Shown piece by piece: positions 24,230-29,934 of a DNA stretch of 29,934 nucleotides. The position numbers were made by a program, and so were the translations under genes. The notes beneath the pieces are model-generated. The model did not search any database. It had not been told where the DNA came from and saw only the letters and a list, made by a program, of their open reading frames with translations. How positions within the stretch are numbered: the first letter of the stretch is position 1; each line of letters opens with the position of its first letter. Source of the stretch: Myxococcota bacterium (GTDB lineage: Bacteria > Myxococcota_A > UBA9160 > PR03); assembly GCA_041611735.1 (NCBI GenBank), contig JBFIML010000048.1, forward strand, positions 1 to 29,934, given 5' to 3'.

Positions 24230-24497
24230 CTGACTCTTTTCCTTTGCCGCCCCAGCCTCGTGGCATGGGCGCGGCCGGCGGCGGTTCGGCTGGCCGGACT
24301 ATCCGGACGCAGACGCCCCGTCGCAATGGGAAACCGCCCGCGGCTTCGGCTGGGATGCCGAGAACCGGGAGCGCGAAAGGCGACTTCGATGGGATTCCGA
24401 GTACAGGCGGGTCATGCCAGGATCTGAGAACCGATCGACGGACCTCTCTGAGCCGGAACGATAGCAGCGGTCCGGGGCCGCGCAAGGGGCGAAAACC

Positions 24498-25562
24498 TCA
24501 CAGATAGAAGCCCGTGGGCAGCGTTTCCTTGGGCGGCGCCGCGGGTCCCGGTGCGGCCTCTTCGTGGAAGAGCGTGCCCCCGAAGCGCTTCTTGATCTCG
24601 TCGTCGACGTCATCCGCCACGCTGGCCACGGCGGCCACCGCGTGCTCGAGCTCCGCGGGGTCGAGCGTGCTCCCGAGCAGCGTGTGCCGGAAGACCACCC
24701 AGGCCTTGTCCTGCTGGGACCAGATCCCGAGCCGGCCGAACACGTACTCCTCGGAGTGGGAAGCCACGTATTCGTAGAGCTGCTCGGACTTCGGGACGTC
24801 GCGGTTGGTGATGGCGAAGACCGTCACCAGCCCGCCCGGATCGCGCCACGGCCGCACCTCCACGAAGACGCGCGTCGAGCCGACGGGGAACGAGAGGCGA
24901 CCGTGAGCGTCGAGCTCCACCTGGCCCACCATGGCGGTGAGGGCGGTCTCCACCGTGCGCCGCGTCCGCTCGACGGACGGGTCTTCGGCATCGTCGGCGC
25001 CCTCCTCGGCAGCCCCTTCGGTGGGCGCCCTGGAGCGCAGGCCCGCCTCGAGCGCCACGTTCTTCTTGCGCAGCACCTCCTCCACGGTCGTTCGGGGGAT
25101 CCCCGCGAGATCGCTCCAGGCGTTGCGGGCGCTCGCCAGCAGGATCGAGAGCCGATCCTTCTCCGCGCCGATCCGGCTGCGGCGCTCCTGCTCGAGCTCC
25201 TTGCGCCTGGGCTTCGACAGCTTCGGAAACGGCTCCTGGCCGGTTCGGGCGAGCTCCGTGCCGGCGTCCCAGCGGCGCGCCTCGAGGCTGGCATGCAGCT
25301 CGATGCCTTCCGGGAAGGCCGTCGTGAACGCCCAGCGCCCGATCGCCTCGGATCCCTCGGGATCCTCCCAGGCCTCCGCCAGGACGCCCACCCCGCCGGA
25401 GCCCTTGAGGAGGAACAGGTGGCGGCGCTTCTCCAGGGTCGCCAGCGGCTCGTAGCCGATGGCGTCGCCCAGGTAGTCGGAGATCACGGCCAGAAACTCC
25501 CGGCCCTGGGGACTGTCCTCGATCGCGTTCAGGGCCGGATGCCTGCGCCGCGGCTTCGCCAT
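24498..25562 (-). CDS. Hypothetical protein with C-terminal YbjN/T3SS-chaperone-like domain
   Basis: The C-terminal ~140 aa (GSTRVFVEV...VFAITNRDVP...YVFGRL...FRHTLLGSTLDPAEL...ADDVDDEIKKRFGG) fit the YbjN/CesT-like peptide-chaperone pattern. The N-terminal ~200 aa are unrecognised. Confidence 0.72.
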   Translation of the reverse strand: MAKPRRRHPALNAIEDSPQGREFLAVISDYLGDAIGYEPLATLEKRRHLFLLKGSGGVGVLAEAWEDPEGSEAIGRWAFTTAFPEGIELHASLEARRWDAGTELARTGQEPFPKLSKPRRKELEQERRSRIGAEKDRLSILLASARNAWSDLAGIPRTTVEEVLRKKNVALEAGLRSRAPTEGAAEEGADDAEDPSVERTRRTVETALTAMVGQVELDAHGRLSFPVGSTRVFVEVRPWRDPGGLVTVFAITNRDVPKSEQLYEYVASHSEEYVFGRLGIWSQQDKAWVVFRHTLLGSTLDPAELEHAVAAVASVADDVDDEIKKRFGGTLFHEEAAPGPAAPPKETLPTGFYL

Positions 25563-25589
25563 GGATGTGGATCGTACCGCGAAGCGCGA

Positions 25590-25724
25590 TCAGGGCTCGT
25601 CTTGCGACGGCTCGTCTTGCGACGGCTCCGCCGCGCCGGTGAGCGCGCGGATGAAGGCGTCGAGCTGCTCGTCGGTCACCAGGTCTTCCGGCCGGGCCAG
25701 CACCAGGACGGGCTTCTCGGGCAT
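25590..25724 (-). CDS. 44-aa acidic microprotein
   Basis: AAGGAG RBS overlapping the upstream stop. MPEKPVLVLARPEDLVTDEQLDAFIRALTGAAEPSQDEPSQDEP. Confidence 0.6.
   Translation of the reverse strand: MPEKPVLVLARPEDLVTDEQLDAFIRALTGAAEPSQDEPSQDEP
25594..25628. repeat. 15-bp tandem repeat (2.3 copies)
   Basis: GGCTCGTCTTGCGAC x2 + GGCTC. It encodes EPSQD repeats in the 44-aa ORF. Confidence 0.9.
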
Positions 25725-25735
25725 GGCGGTCTCCT

Positions 25736-25915
25736 TCAGAGCGAGGGAACGTCCCAGATGACCTTCCCCGGATTCGCCTCCTCGAACTCGCGCATCTCCT
25801 TGGCGAGTTTCTTGCGGAAGCGCCGCTCCGCCTCGGTCTCGTTCTCGCGCGGAGGCTTGCCCAGGATCAGGCGGTGGTAGATGTCCAGAATGATTGCTGA
25901 GTCGAGCATTTCCAT
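25736..25915 (-). CDS. 59-aa charged microprotein (absent from the ORF track)
   Basis: Strong RBS GAAGGAGGAG directly after the beta-propeller stop. MEMLDSAIILDIYHRLILGKPPRENETEAERRFRKKLAKEMREFEEANPGKVIWDVPSL. Confidence 0.7.
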   Translation of the reverse strand: MEMLDSAIILDIYHRLILGKPPRENETEAERRFRKKLAKEMREFEEANPGKVIWDVPSL

Positions 25916-25927
25916 GGCTCCTCCTTC

Positions 25928-27184
25928 TCACCCGTTGTGCCCCGGGCCGCCGCCCCACATGGGCCAGCCGTGGTCGGCGGGGTCCTGGGTGGCAAAGGCG
26001 ACGAGGCGTCCACCGTCCAGGCCCGCGTAGACCCGGCCCTGCCAGAGCGTCGGCTGGGAGACTGCCGAGGCGCCCACCGGGACGGCCCAGCGCAGCGCCC
26101 CGGTCTCTGCGTCCCAGGAGCGGATGCGCCCGTCGCGACTACCGGCCCAGACGCGGCCGTTGGCCACCGCGGGCGGGCTCAGCACGCGCTCGCCATCGGC
26201 CTCGAAGCCTCCCTCCCAGCGCCAGACCTCCTGGCTCGTGGCCAGGTCCGTGGCGGTCAGGACATCGCCGGCCGTGGCGTAGAGGCGCCCGTTCCAGACA
26301 CAGGGCCGCGAGCCCTGGTAGCGGAAGGTGCCGGCCACCGTGGTCTCGCCCACGAGGTCCTCCACCTGGTGGAGCTTGGCCGCCGCCGGGGCCGTCCCGA
26401 AGCCGACGCTCGCATCCCGGGCGTGATGGAGGCTCTCCCAGGGAGTGCCGCGCTTGGAGCGCAGGTAGTCGGCGGAGCGCGGCCCGTGCATCCAGCGTCG
26501 GTGCTCCGGGCGCGTCCCCGCCGTGCGCTCGAAGAGCTCCGGCCCCTGCCCTTCCTCCCGAGCCGAGACGAAGGCCTCCCCCTTCCAGACCCAGGGCGCC
26601 GAGGTGACGCGCTCGTCGCGCTGCCAGCGGAGGGCCCCGGAGTCCAGGTCCAGGCACGAGACCCGGCCGTCGTAGGTGGAGACCCAGACGGCGCCCTCGG
26701 CCACAACCGGAGCCGTGATGACGCCCGCCGGGAGTCGAACGCTCCAGAGCGGCTGCCCGTCCGCCAGGCGGAAGGCCGCCAGGACGTCGTGGTGGTCGCG
26801 GGTCGGGTGGTGCATCACCACCACTCCGTGGGCCACGGCCGGCTGGGAGAGCAGCGGGTCGCCGAGCCAGCGCTCCCAGACGAGCTCACCGGTGGCGGTG
26901 CGCAGCACCGTCAGCGTGCAGCTCTCGGTGTTGAAGACGACGCAGGTCTCGGCCAGGACGGCGGCCGTCGGGCCGTCATCGCGGGTGCGGCGACTCCAGA
27001 CGTGCACGCCGGTCACTGCGTCGAGGGCGTGGAAGTCGTAGCTCCCGAAGCCCCCGCCCAGGAAGACGCGGCCCTCACCCACGGCGGGCGTGGTGAGGTC
27101 GCGCTGGCCGGGAAGGGTCGCCACCCAGCCGCAGAAGCCGGTGGCCGGGTCACGGAAAGCCTGGGGGCGCATGGCGGTCGTCAT
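25928..27184 (-). CDS. PQQ-like (BamB-type) beta-propeller repeat protein, apparently cytoplasmic
   Basis: Repeated blades TPAVGEGRVF, ALDAVTGVHVW, TGELVW, DGQPLW, SGALRW, TGALRW. AGGAGG RBS. No signal peptide. Confidence 0.85.
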   Translation of the reverse strand: MTTAMRPQAFRDPATGFCGWVATLPGQRDLTTPAVGEGRVFLGGGFGSYDFHALDAVTGVHVWSRRTRDDGPTAAVLAETCVVFNTESCTLTVLRTATGELVWERWLGDPLLSQPAVAHGVVVMHHPTRDHHDVLAAFRLADGQPLWSVRLPAGVITAPVVAEGAVWVSTYDGRVSCLDLDSGALRWQRDERVTSAPWVWKGEAFVSAREEGQGPELFERTAGTRPEHRRWMHGPRSADYLRSKRGTPWESLHHARDASVGFGTAPAAAKLHQVEDLVGETTVAGTFRYQGSRPCVWNGRLYATAGDVLTATDLATSQEVWRWEGGFEADGERVLSPPAVANGRVWAGSRDGRIRSWDAETGALRWAVPVGASAVSQPTLWQGRVYAGLDGGRLVAFATQDPADHGWPMWGGGPGHNG

Positions 27185-27202
27185 GGTTCCTCCTGGCTCA
27201 TC

Positions 27203-27243
27203 ACGCTAAAAGCGTATTATATACGCTATCGGCGACTTTTCAA
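27203..27243 (-). promoter_or_regulatory. Near-consensus sigma70 promoter overlapped by palindromic operators
   Basis: Minus strand TTGAAA(27243-27238)-N16-TATAAT(27221-27216). Repeats ACGCTAAAAGCGT (27203-27215) and ACGCTATCGGCGA (27223-27235) flank the -10. Confidence 0.8.
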
Positions 27244-27276
27244 GGCCTGAGGCGTGCTTTCTGGTAGCCTCGACAG

Positions 27277-27708
27277 ATGGCGCCGGACCCGGATCCCTCG
27301 ACCCTGGGAGACAAGCCGGAGTCCCCCTTCGGCGAGGGGCTCGGGCGCGCCATCAAGGTGCTCCGGGCCATGCGCGACCTGAGTCGCAAGGCCCTCGCCA
27401 AGGCGGCGGGCGTCTCGTACTCCTACCTGGCCGAGATCGAAGGCGGGACCAAGCAGCCCTCCCCCCAGGTGCTCGAGGCCCTGGCCCGGGCCCTCGACCT
27501 CTCGGTCTCGGAGCTCGTGGCCCAGGCGGAGCGCTGGGCGGTGGAGGCGGGCGACTTCGTGCACGCGCCGCTCACCGACGATGCCTCGCTGCGCCGCCCG
27601 ACCGAGATCCCGGATCTCCTGAAGGAGCTCCGCGTCCTGCTCGCCCGCATGCGTCCCGAAGACCGGGAGCGCCTGCTCGACCTGGCGCGGCGGCTCGCCG
27701 GGAAGTGA
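27277..27708 (+). CDS. XRE/HTH_3 family transcriptional regulator
   Basis: LGRAIKVLRAMRDLSRKALAKAAGVSYSYLAEIEGGTKQPSPQVLEALARALD. Confidence 0.92.
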   Translation: MAPDPDPSTLGDKPESPFGEGLGRAIKVLRAMRDLSRKALAKAAGVSYSYLAEIEGGTKQPSPQVLEALARALDLSVSELVAQAERWAVEAGDFVHAPLTDDASLRRPTEIPDLLKELRVLLARMRPEDRERLLDLARRLAGK

Positions 27709-27718
27709 GGAGCGACCC

Positions 27719-28330
27719 ATGGCGTTGAGCGAGACCGACCGGGACCAGCTCCGGAAGGCCCTGGACCTGGCCCTCGCCTGGCACGGCGATCAGCCGCGCA
27801 AGGGCACCCGGATTCCGTATGTGAGCCACCTCCTCCAGGTGGCGGGGCTCGTCCTGGAGCACGGGGGCGACGTGGACCAGGCCGTGGCCGGCTTCCTGCA
27901 CGATTCGCTCGAGGACGCGGAAAAGGAGGGCGAGCGTCAGGGGCGAGAGGCGATTATCGAGAAGGAGTTCGGTCCGGGCGTCCTGGCCCTGGTCCGAGGC
28001 TGCACCGACACCCAGGAGCACGAGACCAAGGGCAAGAAGGCGCCCTGGCTCCCGCGCAAGAGCCGCTACCTGGCCCAGCTCGCCGAGGCCGACGCGCGCA
28101 CCGCGCTGGTCGCGGCCTGCGACAAGGTCCACAACCTGGGCTCCCTGGCGGGCGACGTCTGGGCCCACGGGACCGAGTACCTGGAGCGCTTCAGCGGGAC
28201 GCCCGGCCAGCAGGTCTGGTACTACCACGGCGTCTTGGAGGCTCTCCGGGGCCGCATCCCGGAGCGCCTCGAGAACGAGCTCGCGGAGCTGCTGGAGGAT
28301 TTCCGGAGCCTCGCGGAGACGGCCGACTGA
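27719..28330 (+). CDS. HD-domain protein, SpoT/Mesh1-like (small alarmone hydrolase-like)
   Basis: AWHGDQPRKGTRIPYVSHL, AGFLHDSLED, LVAACDKVHN. Confidence 0.88.
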   Translation: MALSETDRDQLRKALDLALAWHGDQPRKGTRIPYVSHLLQVAGLVLEHGGDVDQAVAGFLHDSLEDAEKEGERQGREAIIEKEFGPGVLALVRGCTDTQEHETKGKKAPWLPRKSRYLAQLAEADARTALVAACDKVHNLGSLAGDVWAHGTEYLERFSGTPGQQVWYYHGVLEALRGRIPERLENELAELLEDFRSLAETAD

Positions 28331-28564
28331 CCGGCTCCTCCCGACCCGCCCGCGATCGGCCGGCCCTGGGAGACGCACCGGTTTGCCGTCCCGCGGGGCA
28401 AGAGGCTGGAAGCTGTTGCGGAGAGCTCGGAGGAGGCTCGCCGCCACTTTGACGAGAACTTCATCGAACGCCGGATCCTCGTGCCCCGACGATGGGCGGA
28501 ACAACCGCGCACCGACCTACTCGAAGAGCGCCATAGCAGGTTCCTGGACGCCTCCTCGATCTGA
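28331..28564 (+). pseudogene. Possible remnant of the C-terminus of an HNH endonuclease gene
   Basis: Stop-free frame with no usable start: ...ERRILVPRRWAEQPRTDLLEERHSRFLDASSI*. By eye it resembles the I-x-(L/V)-P...P...L-x-x-R/H-x-x-F tail of HNH_2 proteins. Confidence 0.3.
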
Positions 28565-28733
28565 GGTCGTTCCGCCGGAGGGTACGGCGACGCGGTACTG
28601 CTCGAGCTGACCCGCGGCTCCGACGCTTGATCAGCGCCGACCAGAAGCCCGCTACCGCACGATCTCGCGGGCCGTGAGATCGATCCTCGCAGCGGATTGA
28701 CCAAGCCGGTCCCCAGGGCCATCTTCCGCGCCC

Positions 28734-29228
28734 ATGACCACCTCCGCGGGCAAGCGCAAGGCCTACATCACTCCGGAGGGGGTGAAGAAGCTCCAGGCCG
28801 AGCTGGAGCAGCTCTGGAAGGTCGAGCGGCCGCGGGTCACGCAGGAGGTTTCCCTCGCTGCGGCCCATGGAGACCGCTCCGAGAACGCGGAGTACATCTA
28901 CGGCAAGAAGCGGCTGCGCGAGATCGATCGCCGCATCCGCTTCCTGCGCAAGCGCTTCGAGATGCTTGCGGTGGTGCGTCCCGGAGAGGTGGCGGACCCC
29001 GAGCGGATCTTCTTCGGCGCCTGGGTGACGCTCGAGGACCAGGAAGGCGCAGAGCACCGCTATCGCCTGGTCGGGCCCGACGAGATCGACGTGGGCCGGG
29101 GCTTGATCAGCGTGGAGTCACCCATCGGCCGCGTGCTGCTCGGGAAGCGGGAGGGGGACGAGGTCACGGTGCAGCGACCCGCGGGTCGCGCGGTCTACGC
29201 CGTGATGCGGATCTCGTATGACGGCTGA
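28734..29228 (+). CDS. greB: Transcription elongation factor GreB
   Basis: YITPEG...LWKVERPRVT...AAAHGDRSENAEYIYGKKRLREIDRRIRFL...IFFGAWV...ISVESPIGR. Confidence 0.95.
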   Translation: MTTSAGKRKAYITPEGVKKLQAELEQLWKVERPRVTQEVSLAAAHGDRSENAEYIYGKKRLREIDRRIRFLRKRFEMLAVVRPGEVADPERIFFGAWVTLEDQEGAEHRYRLVGPDEIDVGRGLISVESPIGRVLLGKREGDEVTVQRPAGRAVYAVMRISYDG

Positions 29229-29928
29229 CGCCCGGGTCGCGTCGGAGCTCGAGATCCTGGCGTACGAGCCGAGCCCCATCGGCATGATCGGCCTGCGGCG
29301 ACGAGAGCTGCCCGCCGCGCCCGGAAGCATGGTCACCGAGATCACCCTGGACCACACGTTGCTGATGAGCAGCTGCAACTCCGCCTCGGAGCGAGCCCTG
29401 GCTCGCCGGGCCCTCGACCTGCACGCCGGGAAGGATCTCACGGTCCTCGTGGGCGGACTCGGCCTCGGGTACACGGCCCGGGAGGTGCTGCGCGCGGACC
29501 GCGTCTCCCGGCTGGAGGTGGTCGAGTTCCTGCCGCAGGTGCTCACCTGGTTCGAGCGCGGCCTCGTGCCCCTGGCCGGGGAGCTGCGGGCAGATCCCCG
29601 CTTCGCGGTGAGCCAGGGAGACGTGTATGCCCGGCTCTCGGAGCCTCCGGACCGGCAGCACGACCTGGTCCTGGTGGACGTCGACCATGCTCCGGACGAG
29701 ACCCTGGCCGCGTCCAATGACTCCTTCTACACCGAAGCAGGCCTCGCGCTGGCGAAGCAGCATCTCGCGCCGCAAGGGGTGCTCGGCGTGTGGTCCTACG
29801 CCGAGAGCTCGCTCTTTGCAGAGGCGCTCGGCCGGGTGTTCCGGGAGGTTCGCGTGGAGCACGTGACCTTCCAGAATCGCATCCTCGAGGAACAAGAGAC
29901 CCACTGGCTCTTCTTCGCGCGGGGATGA
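29218..29928 (+). CDS. Spermidine-synthase-like SAM-dependent methyltransferase
   Basis: LLMSS..SERALA, VLVGGLGLGYT, VVE, DLVLVDVDHAP, GVLGVWS. It overlaps the end of greB by 11 nt. Confidence 0.85.
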   Translation: MTADARVASELEILAYEPSPIGMIGLRRRELPAAPGSMVTEITLDHTLLMSSCNSASERALARRALDLHAGKDLTVLVGGLGLGYTAREVLRADRVSRLEVVEFLPQVLTWFERGLVPLAGELRADPRFAVSQGDVYARLSEPPDRQHDLVLVDVDHAPDETLAASNDSFYTEAGLALAKQHLAPQGVLGVWSYAESSLFAEALGRVFREVRVEHVTFQNRILEEQETHWLFFARG

Positions 29929-29934
29929 TCGAGC

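Noticed and set aside
24281-24432. Repeats considered as a mini CRISPR array or tRNA
   Set aside because: The copies are few, degenerate and irregularly spaced. No cas genes are present, and I could not find a cloverleaf.
25590-25958. 122-aa track ORF
   Set aside because: It is better explained as two RBS-bearing microproteins in different frames (25736..25915 and 25590..25724).
25928-27184. BamB or PQQ-dependent dehydrogenase call
   Set aside because: There is no lipoprotein or Sec signal and no dehydrogenase catalytic features; only the propeller repeat is supported.

Overview
Very GC-rich bacterial window; the gene content is compatible with a Myxococcota-like lineage, but this is inference only. 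It has four parts. (1) 1-11089 is a respiratory supercluster with two different heme-copper enzymes back to back. On the minus strand are a cytochrome b/ferredoxin/MvhD-like fusion, its partner protein, DUF420, a diheme cytochrome c, a 34-aa microprotein and an A1-type oxidase (subunits II, I, III, IV, III'). The oxidase's K-proton-channel residues are all replaced, including a natural Lys-to-Met at the K362 position, and new acidic/His residues appear in membrane helices. On the plus strand are a 62-aa microprotein, a CuA subunit II, a subunit I lacking the cross-linking Tyr (GHSSQQIN, eNOR-type NO reductase) and a SCO protein. (2) 11161-14550 holds small hydrolase, TetR, SnoaL, MBL-fold and GGCT genes. 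(3) 14562-21367 is addAB. (4) 21521-28564 is an accessory stretch: Fic, rhomboid, stand-alone TIR, Zn-ribbon microprotein, RRM protein with a long repeated leader, an XRE-controlled beta-propeller plus two microproteins and a YbjN-like chaperone gene, an HD alarmone-hydrolase-like gene and an HNH-like remnant. greB and a spermidine-synthase-like methyltransferase follow. No rRNA, tRNA, CRISPR array or transposase was recognised. All family calls are from motifs read by eye, not database searches.
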